A stretch of DNA of 62,682 bases, counting the filler, from Rhabdomonas costata (Eukaryota): the NCBI GenBank assembly GCA_019059605.1. It is 47 parts of 47 records of this genome, joined end to end, with 100 filler letters (N's around TTAATTAATTAA, not from the genome) between each part and the next. Parts side by side here need not be neighbours in the genome. Positions count along the whole stretch, not along the records: positions 10,699 to 11,933 come from JAHMHO010022465.1; positions 12,034 to 13,267 come from JAHMHO010022466.1; positions 13,368 to 14,603 come from JAHMHO010022467.1; positions 14,704 to 15,939 come from JAHMHO010022468.1; positions 16,040 to 17,275 come from JAHMHO010022469.1; positions 17,376 to 18,609 come from JAHMHO010022470.1; positions 18,710 to 19,945 come from JAHMHO010022471.1; positions 20,046 to 21,281 come from JAHMHO010022472.1; 39 more parts are not named here. The stretch is one strand, 5' to 3'. The translations under genes and the position numbers were made by a program. This document shows, piece by piece, positions 11,651 to 23,784 of the stretch; the first letter of the stretch is position 1, and each line of letters starts with the position of its first letter. The notes under the pieces are model-generated. The model saw nothing but the letters and a program-made list of their open reading frames with translations, had not been told where the DNA came from and searched no databases.

Positions 11651-14600
11651 GTTAGCTGAGTGCGGGAGTTTGCCTCGCTCTCCTCCTGATGGTGGCTTCG
11701 TGCCACTGAAAATCAACTAACTGGACCTCCAATAAGGCGGGCGGAGAACTTGTCAGAGTAGGAAGTCTTAATTTCGATTCTTTTAAGAGAAGGGAAGCCC
11801 CCGGAGCAAGGTGAAACAAATTCTCAAATGTGAGTACCAAGCAGCTAATCGCAAAGCGGGTATTAAAGTTTGTCAGACTCCGAAGGAGTAAATGCAGGGA
11901 GCACAACGGCGAAATTTCCTGCTACCCCAACAANNNNNNNNNNNNNNNNNNNNNNNNNNNNNNNNNNNNNNNNNNNNTTAATTAATTAANNNNNNNNNNN
12001 NNNNNNNNNNNNNNNNNNNNNNNNNNNNNNNNNGGTTATGGAGAAGGTATTGAGGTAATGAGTTGTGCAGTGAGGTGTCTCTTGTCTCACTCCCTTTTTC
12101 GTTGTGACGCCTGTCCGCCTTTTAGGTTCCTCCCCTTTCATTTGCATGCCGTGGACCCCATCTCAGCACTGAGTTGGGGCTCCTATGCAGCCCTCGGGAC
12201 TCCCGCCCCTTTGCGAGGTCGCTTCACATCGCAGTGTACGGTGTGAGTGCACCTTCTCGTGGTGTCCACGCTCTCTCTTACTCCCGCACTCCGCACTGAA
12301 TCCATGAAACTCGCTTTGCTCAGCAAAGAAAAGCTACAGAAGCCTTCCTTGGACACATATAACCTTTGCAGATCCACCCGTTTGAAATTTTAATCCACGA
12401 GAGGATGGCGTGCCAGTATTCGATTGCCTCTGTAGAGTGGTTGCAAAGTAGCTGCGAATTTATTTTGTGCACCCACCCCTTCTCCTGCCATCATGCAACG
12501 TCGGAAGGGAGTTCTTAATGGATAACGCTGGAAAGTTTTATTTTTCACCGTTGCATTGTTGTGAAGAAGCGGGATGTTTGTTGAAGCCTTAAACCGTTGT
12601 GCTTTGGCACACTTGATCCAAGTCCAGTGCCACCTGCAAGTTACCCTCCGAAGGGTGTGAAGGAAAAGAAAAAGTTGTGATTGACCTTGGGATTTGGCAA
12701 ATCGTGTATACCCCCCAAGCAGCCGAACAAGGACGTCGTTTTATGGGAACGAATGGCAGGAAATACCCCTTTCCAAGGACAGACAATTTCTGGTTCTGCT
12801 TCGCAGGAAGAAGGCACTTGGCCTCCTCGCGAAGCCGCTTTCCCCTAGACGTCACACGTACTCCCCAAACACCGTCGATCTGCTCGTCATTTGGATGTTC
12901 AAAATGGTGCCGTCCGGATCGCTACCGTTTTGCTTTTGGGGAACACATTAAGACCTGTGGGAACTTGCCCAAGACATCATTCAGGTTCGGTCCACTTTCA
13001 CATCACATTCGCACCATGTGTGCAAATCATTTTTGACAAATGGTCCACGTTCACGGACCATCGCTCGACATTTCGCAAGCGATATTCCCATACGAAATGG
13101 GGTGCACCGCAAGCTGACATGGCGTACTCTGTGCTTCACCATTGCCAAGCTTCCGGAACGTGGCGGTTGGGCCTGTTCCAAGCGGAACAAGGTGTACGCA
13201 TCTTGGCGGCATGGGGCTTGCCTTATGTGAACGTAGTGCTCACCCCGAGCACGCCCACCGTTCTCCGNNNNNNNNNNNNNNNNNNNNNNNNNNNNNNNNN
13301 NNNNNNNNNNNTTAATTAATTAANNNNNNNNNNNNNNNNNNNNNNNNNNNNNNNNNNNNNNNNNNNNTGTGGGGGGTGGGCTCAAAATGAAAGCCAGCAG
13401 TGGTCCAATTTTATTTCGAAAATACCACTTGGTCGAAAAAGATAAAAACAGACCACCCGAAGTGATAAACTCATAAGGATGCATGTCTTCACTGGGTCAG
13501 CGACCTTTGCAGAATGCAATGAGCTCTGTGCTTCTGGTGGGTCATTTGTTTGGGATTGGAATTGGTCTGGCCGGTGCGGCAAGTGCAAATGAATTCCTCT
13601 CCAGCAATGCCAAAAAAACAACGCCCAAAAACTAGCCGCTGCAGCAGCTAAAGATCAAAGCATTCTGGCCCACACTGGGGCCCGCATGACGTAGTTCTGG
13701 GCTCTATGGTAGGAATGTTGAAGCTGCCGCATATGCTCAATTCTGGACATGACCAAAAAGTCCTCTAAACCGAAGTCAGTCGAAAAGGTCTCGGGAAGGT
13801 CTCTGGAAAGCAGAGCGATCGACCCAACAAGAGGCGCAAGACGTGCAGATGCAGCCGGAGGAGGAGAAGGGGAAGGTGCTATAAACCTCAAACTCATGGG
13901 TACTATCATCCCAAGGCCCCAAGGCATCGGATGAAGATTTGAGAGGAAGTAAACAGGCAGGGGGTCCCCCAATTGCAGCAAGAATATTACCCTGGCATCT
14001 CCCACCGATCGGCAAGGGGTCTGCGAAAGCCGGGCATCACAGAAGGCCTTTCGAAGCCTCTCCATCTCCGAACAGGCCTTCCGGCGCTCCACCTGGGTCA
14101 CCTGCAGATCCCTCTGCAGCTTCGCCGCGGAGTCCTGGAAGCTCTGCAAGACAAAGGCGTCAGTGCGTGCGTGCGCGCGCGCGTGACTGTACGTATAAAA
14201 TGGGAGGCAACGGAAGTTGCGGGGGAGGTGACAGTTACCAGCAGTAACAATTTTTTCTTCGGGAACATATTTTAAAAGAGTTGTTTTCAGCCCTCCCCCC
14301 CAAGTCACGTCAGCCGGCTCCTGCCGTACCGCGGACTGCCTCTTGAACCTCGCCTCATTAAACCAATGATGTCCTACTCGTTCGCACATATTCCAGCCAT
14401 GGGAAAGTCCTTAGCCAGCAATGGTTTTCGGGTGCTAAGCCAAAACACTCATCTTGAAATACTGACAAAGTTAACCTAAACCCTTTACGCGAAAATAAAG
14501 TCCTTTGGAGAGTGCTTGGATGTTTTACCTGACCGTTGATATAGCCAAGTTAATTGAGCAAAAGTTTTCTGTTATCACTGGTGACCGTAATCCCCCTCCC

Positions 14601-14755
14601 CCCNNNNNNNNNNNNNNNNNNNNNNNNNNNNNNNNNNNNNNNNNNNNTTAATTAATTAANNNNNNNNNNNNNNNNNNNNNNNNNNNNNNNNNNNNNNNNN
14701 NNNGGTGTGGGGGCAGTTTAGTTTTACGCTATTCTCATTGCACGTCAATACACAG

Positions 14756-15139
14756 GTTCACGGGGTGTGCGTCTGCGATGACCCGAAGTACTTTTACGGA
14801 GTGGTGGACAAAATTCTGGAGGACTTCCGTGTCGCCGGGAATCCCTGCGGATTGCCGGAGTCCTCCCAGGAGCTGGTCAGCGTGATCGATGGGTACGTTG
14901 GGCCGGGCTACGCCCGGTGCACGGACGACGACCTGCAGCTGCAGGGCAGTGTCGCCCGGCAAACGGGGATGGTGCTCGACCCGGCATACACCGGGAAGGC
15001 CTTCCGGGCAGTGTTGTCGGAGCCGTGCTTCCGGGGCCGCTCCGTGCTGTTCGTGCACACCGGGGGGCTGCTGGGGGTGTATGAGAAGACCGCCCAGCTG
15101 CAGGCCCTGGGGCTGGGCCGCGTTACCCCAATCCCGTGA
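14756..15139 (+). CDS. D-cysteine desulfhydrase / ACC-deaminase family PLP enzyme, last exon
   Basis: VHGVCVCDDPKYFY...GPGYA...VARQTGMVLDPAYTGKAF...VLFVHTGGLLGVY, closely like plant-type D-cysteine desulfhydrase. CAG acceptor and TGA stop present. Confidence 0.93.
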   Translation, partial: VHGVCVCDDPKYFYGVVDKILEDFRVAGNPCGLPESSQELVSVIDGYVGPGYARCTDDDLQLQGSVARQTGMVLDPAYTGKAFRAVLSEPCFRGRSVLFVHTGGLLGVYEKTAQLQALGLGRVTPIP

Positions 15140-16138
15140 CGTGGAATGGGATAACCCCGGTGACCCTTCGTCCCCTCAGTCGTGAATGGGAGCCATGGCA
15201 GGTGACGACCTCTGCACCCCCTGCACAGGGACCGTAGCGTGGCGGAGAGAGGGTGAAGGTGGGCCGATTCTTTGCTAAAAGAGGTTCTGTGATGGCACCG
15301 GTAGACCACTCGGATCGGAGTCATTAGTTGTGTACGGTGACCATGTCTTCTGTCTGTCTGCAAGCGGTGGTTACACACGTTTATGTGGTTGTGGTTGTTG
15401 TGGTTGTGGTTGTCCTTCCATGCTGATTGGGATTCTTGTTGTGCATCAAGATGGTGTCAGAAACCTTTCCTGGACCCGTTGTACTGTGACATTCAATAGT
15501 TACAAACTGTAGCAGAACATCTGAACACACTTCAATACATTGCGTGCTTCTTCCAATACTATCCTGCACGCGCAGTAGCAGCAATACCGCAAAGGCATCC
15601 TCGACGTTTCATCCACATTCTGACGCTGGCCCTGGAGGGACCTGAATTTCATCACGTCCGCGCGGTTCCCCCATGCCCCGACCGAGCGCAGCATAATGCT
15701 CGGTTGCCGGGGCAAACGCAGCGAGGCCCCACCAAAGTCAGGCAGGTGCACAGGCGGCAGAGGTGGCACAACTTCTAACGGGCTCGCCCAGGAGGCGAAG
15801 CCGGGGCCGCACCAACGTCCACGATCGGCTCATGCGCCGAAGCCAAGCCCAGTGGGGGACTCCGTGGCTACATCGTCGTTGCACAGTCTTGGACGTAATG
15901 CTGGCCACATTGCAAACGATGCCGTTTTTCCCACCAACCNNNNNNNNNNNNNNNNNNNNNNNNNNNNNNNNNNNNNNNNNNNNTTAATTAATTAANNNNN
16001 NNNNNNNNNNNNNNNNNNNNNNNNNNNNNNNNNNNNNNNGTGGTGGGTGTGTTTGGGGTTGTGTGGCTGTCGCGCGGTAACGAAGCTTTGCTTATTTGTA
16101 CGCCTTTCTTTCATTGTTTTTTTTTGTGCGTTTCTCAG

Positions 16139-17008
16139 CTTCAGCAGGAGGTGCAGAGACTCAAGGATAAGCAAGAAGCGGAGGCGGCCGTTCCCCCGCT
16201 CTCCTCCAGTTTTTCGGCTGCTTCTTCCTCACCCATACAGTCATCGTCATCCTTCTCCAACGCAAATCTGCAAGGCGTGTCTAGCGTGTTTGAGCTGAAA
16301 GAATCCGGTGGACACGGAGGGTCCCTTTCCGGATCGTTTCTTGAGAGGGGTGACGCTGATCAACCCCAGCAGCAGAGCTGTCCCTGCTGTCAGGAGTCTC
16401 ACCCACCTGCATCCATGATAAGGATCGACTGCCCTCTGAAGCATGCTCTTTGCGAGCCGTGCTTCGGCGACTTCCTGAATTCTGTGGAGCAGGACTCCGG
16501 CGTGGCCCTGGCATGCCCCTTGTGCCCGGGGAAGGCTCAACAGTACCTCCTGCAGTTTCGCGACTTCGACTATTGTGCGCATGCACTCTCCAGGGCTCAT
16601 AAGGAGAGGATGGCCAAGATGCTGACCATGCCGCACATCCTCTCCGCTCCGAATATTGTTCGGTGCCCGGGGTGCCCCGGGGGCTTTGAGGTGCCGCTGC
16701 TGAATCTCAGGAACAACCCCAACCTTCTATCCGTGACTTGCCCTTACTGCGAACAATGCTTTTGTGCGCATTGCAAGCAGCTCCCGCACGTGCTGTGCAC
16801 TTGTGAGGAGCTGGTGCGGTACGGCAATTTGTGGAATCGGTGGGTTGCGGAGCAACGCGCGGGGTTCCAGCGCTCGCAGAGGGCCAATGCGGAGGCTATT
16901 CGGAGAGCTGAGAAGGAGCAGGTTGCGGCCGGGCTCCGGCTGCAGGAGTATGAGAAAGATGAGGCCTGGAAGGAACAGCACTGCCGGATTTGCCCGCACT
17001 GCAGGCGG
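16139..17008 (+). CDS. RBR (RING1-IBR-RING2) E3 ubiquitin ligase, large internal exon
   Basis: RING1 CPCC...CPLKHALCEPC...CPLC, IBR CPGC...CPYCEQCFCAHCKQLPHVLCTC, and the start of RING2 (CRICPHC), followed by a GT donor. Confidence 0.9.
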
Positions 17009-17608
17009 GTGTGGGGCATGCACGAGACCTGTTCTCCGTCCTGCACTCGGAATTATTAAATTGTTCTTGAGCTTAATCCCCTGTCATCTGCCATCCCGGC
17101 CTTTCTCCCTGCCATCGTTTGGGCTGTTTTTATCACCGGTCTTCATAATGTTTCTGTCCCTTCGTTTTTTTTCGCATTAGGGCCGACAAAAATTACAGTA
17201 GCCCAGTAGCACAAGTGTGGCAAGGAAACGCGGTGATTCGGAAATAGAATTTAACGGCCCTAATGCAAAAAAAAANNNNNNNNNNNNNNNNNNNNNNNNN
17301 NNNNNNNNNNNNNNNNNNNTTAATTAATTAANNNNNNNNNNNNNNNNNNNNNNNNNNNNNNNNNNNNNNNNNNNNGTTTTTTGTGAGTTTGGATTTCGCC
17401 GACAGGAGTCTTTCCTTGATAGTCCGGACTCTGGGTTGGCAGCCTTGTTCAGCGGCGAACAAACAGGACCGTTGTATGGGCTCATCGGACCCAACCAATA
17501 CTTTGGGAAACTGGAATCTCTCACCCTGCCGCGGGGGGTACTGCCTATTTATTGTTGGCTGTTTTTCTCAGCCCTTTTTTATTTCCTGGGTTTGTTTTTC
17601 AATTTCAG

Positions 17609-18609
17609 GCGGCCTCCTCAATTGATCAAAACTACGACAGCTGGGTGGATGGCTACTGGGTCGTGGTTGCAGGCAATGCGGGGGGCAGAGGCCTGCAGGC
17701 ACTGATGACCCTTGGTGTGCTCTGCAGTCCTCTCCTCAAGAACTGTCCCCACTATCATCTTCCGCACCATTTGTCCTTCTGGGTAGTGGGGCAAAGCCGA
17801 CGGGTGGCTGAGGCCTGGTTGCCTATTTTTAGTTTGTGATAAACGAGGAAAGTTGTTACCATTTCCGTCCGATCCATCCCATTCCCTCCCCCCACCCTAG
17901 GTCAGCAGATTCCCCTTGGTTTTCCTCTTGGTCCTCCTTCTTGTTACCAGGCTGTCAGTTGTTTATTTGTGCTAGATGGAGGCAGCGTGAGAAGCGTTAG
18001 AAAGTTGATCTAGTTGAGCTCTTCTTTTTGGTCATATTCTTTTTGCTGAACCGAAGACTGGAACGCTACATAGGCTTCGCTCCTACCCTTGCTGACACAG
18101 GAGCGTGCTTCAGCAGCTTTGGCCTTCTAGTGGCCTACCTTTGCACAACCTCCAGGGCTTTGGCATCGATGGCCGCGATGGGGATCTTCACAGAGCGAGC
18201 TAACCACTTCCTTGGAAGGTGTGTATGTGTGTGTTGACTTTTATCTCCCACAGACGCAGAGAAACACGCTTTGTTTTGCGGTGGTTTCGGTTAGAGCCTT
18301 GCAATTCTCCGCAGTGCTCATTGCCTTCTTCCACTTCGCCCATCGGCTTGGCGGCAAGAGGCATGACACCGGGCTCTTAATTCAACCCCGTTCGTTGGCA
18401 CAACGACCCGCCCCAGCGCCTGTTTTTCGTTATTCTCGAGCGATGAGGAGAAAAATATTGGGACACCCCGCTGCCGCCGCAGCCGTATTGCTTTTTTTTT
18501 TTTTGCTACTTCTAGCATTGCGTACCATAACGTGTACAGGATCTCTCCAAAATATGGCACACCGATTACCGCAATCGTGGTGATGTCCTCGGCCACACTT
18601 ACGTTTGCC
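17609..18609 (+). CDS. APC-family amino acid/polyamine permease, partial (exons 17609-17714, 18101-18218, 18540-18609)
   Basis: Phase-consistent GT-AG joins give NYDSWVDGYWVVVAGNAGG...G/ACFSSFGLLVAYLCTTSRALASMAAMGIF...R/ISPKYGTPITAIVV, like kinetoplastid and plant LAT/PUT permeases. Confidence 0.88.
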
Positions 18610-18717
18610 NNNNNNNNNNNNNNNNNNNNNNNNNNNNNNNNNNNNNNNNNNNNTTAATTAATTAANNNNNNNNNNNNNNNNNNNNNNNNNNNNNNNNNNN
18701 NNNNNNNNNGGGTTGGG

Positions 18718-19080
18718 GGTGTCGCCTGGTCGATCTGTCGGGCTAGCTCGTCAATTTCCGTCCCATGCATAGACCTGAGGAGGTTCACAACACGGCAAGC
18801 CCCGCCGCACATCCGAAGAAGGAGAAGTGCCCCTTGAGTGTGCTCGAGGCTCAAGACACTATCGCAAAAACGGTTGACGCGGGTTTGCACCCTGCTTAGC
18901 TCGTTGCGAATGAATTCTGTAGATCCGATTGGCACGCCAAGCACTTTGAAGCCCGTACCGGGTTCCTGCATCTGGACGACCCTCACGGTCTCCAGGGCGC
19001 TCAATCCGAACACTGTGCACGACGAAGCCACAAGCGTTTTCTGCTTGTTCAGCTGGAGGCCCAACCGTGAAAGTGCTAGA
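18718..19080 (-). mobile_element. CRE-clade non-LTR retrotransposon fragment (end of RT and post-RT region)
   Basis: RLGLQLNKQKT...GFKVLGVPIGSTEFI...LEHTQGALLLLRMCGGACRVVNLLRS shows the GLxLNxxK, VLGxPIG and QxALLLLRxC motifs. Confidence 0.85.
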
Positions 19081-19189
19081 GGAGAGTTATTCAAGAATCA
19101 AGGATTGTTTTATGTCTGTTGGGGGTCGACGATGAGCGAGTTGGGAGCGGGTATTTTCCCCCCAGCAGAGGTCCACATTTCGCTCATAT

Positions 19190-19480
19190 CCTTCCAGAAG
19201 AACTCCGGTAGCTCCTCTGCACTGTTGAGAAGCGCTGGAAGAAGAACGTGGACGGAAGAGGAAGGTCACCTTACAAACTCCAGGACACTCTCTGAGGTTG
19301 AGAAATTTGGCCAAAGACGAGTCTAGACGAACTGCAGCCGGGCCAGCATTCCTTCAAGATCGGCCAGATGCTGCTCAAGAAACGCCGTAACAATAGCATC
19401 TCTCCCAACTGGGACACCCAAGACGACGATCCCTCCATCGGGTCCAATTTTAGGAATATCTGCTGGCCAGACAGATCGGT
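19190..19480 (-). mobile_element. Second, more degenerate CRE-like fragment covering the same domain
   Basis: A frame not in the ORF track reads GPDGGIVVLGVPVGRDAIVTAFLEQHLADLEGMLARLQFV*, then after a frameshift SLAKFLNLRECPGVCKVTFLFR. Confidence 0.7.
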
Positions 19481-20716
19481 CGGCGCGGGAATTTTGGCTG
19501 AAAATGGGCCCTTTCTGCGTAAAAACTGGTTACGAACCTCGAGAGTGTGTTTTTCATCAGCCAGAGAATGGAGGGAGGATAGGACAGCATTTCCGGTTGC
19601 TTGACGTCTGCTTCTTCGTCGAAATTCGCGCTGTTTTTTTTTTTTTGGAATTTTCGGATTTTCGTCCTTTGAGAGGTCCCCAAAATGGGGTGGGGGAGGG
19701 GATAAATTCCGAATTTCCATCATCTAGTTCTCCCACCATAACCTGGGAGCCGAAGACGTGTGGATGAAGGGAAACGCTGACTTCTGACAAAAAATAATGC
19801 AAAAAAAAATATGTGACGAACATCGGACAGGAACTCTGCCGCACAGAGACATCTTTTGTTTTCTCTGTTCTGCCCTATACTGTCCTATACTGCCCTATGC
19901 AAACACAACACACAATAAACTCACTACGTTCGTCCCTCACTTCACNNNNNNNNNNNNNNNNNNNNNNNNNNNNNNNNNNNNNNNNNNNNTTAATTAATTA
20001 ANNNNNNNNNNNNNNNNNNNNNNNNNNNNNNNNNNNNNNNNNNNNATTGCCTCTCTCCTTGGATGTTATTCCTGGGCTTCAGATCCTGAACACCCACTTT
20101 GGAAGCACGGAAGACTCCTCGGGGGCACTCGGCGCTGACCAGCACGGGTCGGGGGAGTTCAGGACCCCCTCCACCTGCCTGAGCCCTGTCTCTCGCAGTA
20201 TGAACGGCGTGGGTGGTGATGGGAGGGAGAGGGGGCGAATAACTGACTGAACGACTTACTCCCTTTTGTCTCACTTACTTGGGGGTTTCAAAGAAGTACT
20301 CTGCTGCAGCGTTACGGTGTGAACATTTGATTGTGTGTGATTGTGAATTTGCCTGTGGGATATTTACTAAGAAAGTCCGTTTTTTTGTGTAAATAAGGAG
20401 CGTCTGGCCAAACATCGTATTGTACTCGATTTGCCGTAAGCGCTGCTCATGAACGCGTCGTTCTTCTCTAGCGCTTGACCTCTGCCCTCCCCATGGCAAA
20501 CAGAAGAGAAGCACCGAGTACACGTGAGTCGTGCCTCGCGACATTCGGTAGAATCCCATGCATCTTCAGCTGAATTCGGCTAAATTGAGAGAATTGGGGG
20601 GACTGAAGAAGTTCGCACCCTGAATGCGAATCCTCGGACCAGTCTCAGTTCCAACCCTCCGCTGCTTCGCTGCAAAAAAAAAAAAAGAAACGGCGGGCCA
20701 TTCTTTCTCTGCGCAG

Positions 20717-20931
20717 GCAAGTGGATGCCTTCCCTAACGGGAGCTCCTGTTAAGGAGCAGGACCTGCAGGCCGCAGGAGGATATCTTGGGCAACTCCTGC
20801 AAGCCTTCACTGCGAAGGCGCGGTGCCTAGTCCTGGTAATAGATGACGCCCATAACCTGGACAGCTACTCTCAGGAGCTTACAGGCCAGCTCCATCTATG
20901 GGCCCTTGAGGGAGCTCGGCCCTTCCTGCAG
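20717..20931 (+). CDS. Exon with the Walker B region of a STAND/AAA_16-type NTPase (as in soluble adenylyl cyclase-like proteins)
   Basis: CAG/GT-bounded; LVLVIDDAHNLDSYSQEL matches hhhhDDAHxLDxxS. Confidence 0.65.
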
Positions 20932-22797
20932 GTTGTCTCGTCCCCCAGTCTCGTGGCTTCCCAAATTGGCGATGTGCAGGGCTCCCTGAAAATCCTCACG
21001 TCCCCTTTCTCATCTCTGCAATCTTCGCTTTCACCCAATGCTTTGAACATTCTTGCACATCTCTGGGTTGGGTTATGCAACACGGAGTCCCGATCCGATG
21101 GCCGCACGCGTCTTAATTTTTTCAGCTTTTGGGTGACTCGACCACCCTTTTCTTACAGCGAAATCTCGTGCCTTGGACTAGCATATCTGTGTGTGTGTGT
21201 GTGTGTGCGCGCGCGCGCGCGCGTCGATATGCATCTGGTGGTGACAGGATGGGAATAAATAGTTGGAACCCTGGTTGTGCGNNNNNNNNNNNNNNNNNNN
21301 NNNNNNNNNNNNNNNNNNNNNNNNNTTAATTAATTAANNNNNNNNNNNNNNNNNNNNNNNNNNNNNNNNNNNNNNNNNNNNGTGGGGGGGTGGAAGGGTG
21401 CCAAACTGTTCAGGCCTCTCGTTGGTTTGCGCTCATCCCGCTAATGAATGCCTCCGGCTAAAGGGAAAGCTTTGCATACTGGTACAACGGCTCTATCGGG
21501 GCTCTGCCAGCGCCGATTTTTGAATATTGTCGACGTTTGCGATTCGCTCATGCATTTTTTGTGGATGGAGTGGGAGAGGGTTTTCCAGCGGATGAGGATC
21601 AAGCGACGCCCTTCTCATTCTCAATAGGCTCGCAGTCGGCCGTCGTGCCTATGTTTTCCGAGCCTGAGGGGCGGTCAGAGCCTCCGTGTCGCAACCCCTT
21701 AGCGGCACCCCCGGGATGCCGCCTGCCCGGGCTTGCCTCGACGGGCTCCGCCCTGTTCAGCATTTGAAGCGGGTGCAGCACCTTCGTAAAGCGTGGGTTT
21801 CGGGAGTTAACTGCTGCGCAGCGCACTTGCGTTGAAACTTGCGCAGCGAGCCCGAAACACCTGAGTTTGTTGGCGAGCTGTGCGAATGGGGAGGGTTGTT
21901 CTCTTCAGTACACTGCGATTTTCTTTTTATGTTACTTTCCGCTTCGGCACGGGATTGGTCGTTTTTGTTTTTTTGGAGGTGTGTACGTTTTGGCTCCACC
22001 CTTTCCCTTCACTGCTTCTCTCGGAAAGGTCCCCCTCCTTACGGCACGGTACGTCCGCTTCAAAATCCTCCATCGGGAATATGTGACAGGTTTCTGCTCT
22101 GAAACTTGGGCGTGTTTTTGTGCTGGTCTGCGTGTGCGTGCTTGAGTGCGTGACTTGTGTCTGGGGGGTGAGGTTGTTCCAAGAGTTCTCACTTTCCTGT
22201 CCCCTGACCGCTTGATCTTTCGGCAGGCTGACGGAATGCCTTCTCTTTGCCAGGGAATGAGCTGCGCTTGTAAATGCGACCTCCTGGGTGAGAACCCTTC
22301 TTTTATCCTCTCGCTTCCATTCTGCGTGTATGTGACCAACAACCCGTGAAGACTTCAAACCTCGGGTCAAAGGACCTTGATGGGGGTGGATGTTGCGACT
22401 GTTTCTATTGGTCACAGGAATTCCTATATACCAACCGTACTCTAATCATATTATGGTCAACAGCTTCTGAATGATCCAGCATATACAGTTGTATTTTCTC
22501 GTGCTCTTGGGTATTATGCCAGTCTATCGCCACACCAGCGTCATTCTGATTGCAGCCTTCAGTGGATTGGTGGAGGCAGAGATGTTGGTCATAATGTGGA
22601 AGCGATTTCGCGTCGGNNNNNNNNNNNNNNNNNNNNNNNNNNNNNNNNNNNNNNNNNNNNTTAATTAATTAANNNNNNNNNNNNNNNNNNNNNNNNNNNN
22701 NNNNNNNNNNNNNNNNACGGCATTTGCTGTTCCGGGGGGGGGGTGTCTCCGCTGTTGCGCTGTTTCGTTTTTGTTGGGATTCCGTGGCTGCTCTCAG

Positions 22798-23468
22798 GCA
22801 ACGTTTTCCTGCTGTGCACGAACACGGAGTTTCACCCGCTGAAGGCCTGGTGTGAGTGCTGCCGGATCCATTGCGTGGACTGTCTTTCTCATTCGTCGCT
22901 CGTTCTCGGGCTCGTGGAGATGACTGTGGCGGGTGGGAGGGCGTCACCTGCACCGGAAACGGCGCGTTAACACGGACCAGCAAGTTTCAGGAAGGGAAGG
23001 TCTCAAAATTTTACAGGTCTGCTCCTGACTCGGGGCCCATCCAGCTTGGATCAGCTGGGATCAGGATCGCCGGTATTGAAGGCACCCAAACATCCATTGA
23101 TCCAGGGGTAGGGGGCGGCACCAAGTTCAAGTAAACAATGTGCTGCAGAAAGGGTCGAAAACACAGATACAAGATTCATGCGATTGCTCCGTTTCGAGAG
23201 ATTTTCTGGTATGGTTTCCGGGTGGTGTCGGAGTTGTCAGGGTACGATGGCTATTCTTCACTAGTCCTCCTTGGCTGGTGGAGTGGGCGGAGCTTTTTGT
23301 GTGGTTTATATTCTTGCCATCCATATTCCTGCTGGTTCTTCCATTCTTGCACGCAGGACTTCTCAGACTCAAGGCCTGAACGGGTTCACCGCCAGGGAGG
23401 GCTACACTGGGATTTTCATCAGCCCCCCCAGCCGTGTCCAGCGCGACGTTGTGGGGGACCACTTCAAG
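22798..23468 (+). CDS. Hypothetical protein, three phase-compatible exons (22798-22849, 23017-23130, 23357-23468)
   Basis: GT-AG joins give one open frame, NVFLLCTNTEFHPLKAW/SAPDSGP...GGGTKFK/TSQTQGLNGFTAREGYTGIFISPPSRVQRDVVGDHFK. Family not recognised. Confidence 0.55.
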
Positions 23469-23641
23469 GTTCGGTTGTCATCAACACACACACACACACA
23501 CACACACACAGTCACTCACAATTTTCTAGTCCTTTCCGCGGGGAAAAGACCACGGAAAATTACAAAACAAAAAGGACAAACGTCGTCAGGTGCACACGCA
23601 CACATGGGATGTGGAACGTTTGGCGGTGAGCCGGTTTCGGT

Positions 23642-23784
23642 TCCCCACGGCAGCGTTCGCTCCATCGGCACCTCTCGCGAGCTCCTGTGGCCAACAGCGC
23701 GTGCGCCAGGCAGTCCACAGTGATCACCAACACCCAAGCAACTAGTCGACCAGGCAACAGCCAGCACTCAATGCGCCCAACACA
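23642..23784. repeat. Short dispersed repeat, copy 1 (second copy at 38444-38578)
   Basis: Shares collinear blocks (ACCTCTCGCGAGC, GCCAACAGCGCGTGCGCC, CAGTCCACAGTG-TCACCAACA, CAGGCA-CAGCCAGC, CCCAACACA) with an unrelated contig. Confidence 0.9.

Noticed and set aside
12560-13260. Stop-interrupted frames (GIWQIVYTP...FWFCF) suggestive of a decayed transposon protein
   Set aside because: No catalytic motif recognised; too weak to call.
20083-20716. Possible GC-AG intron upstream of the Walker B exon
   Set aside because: An in-phase GT donor lies 6 nt further on, so a GC donor is not required.
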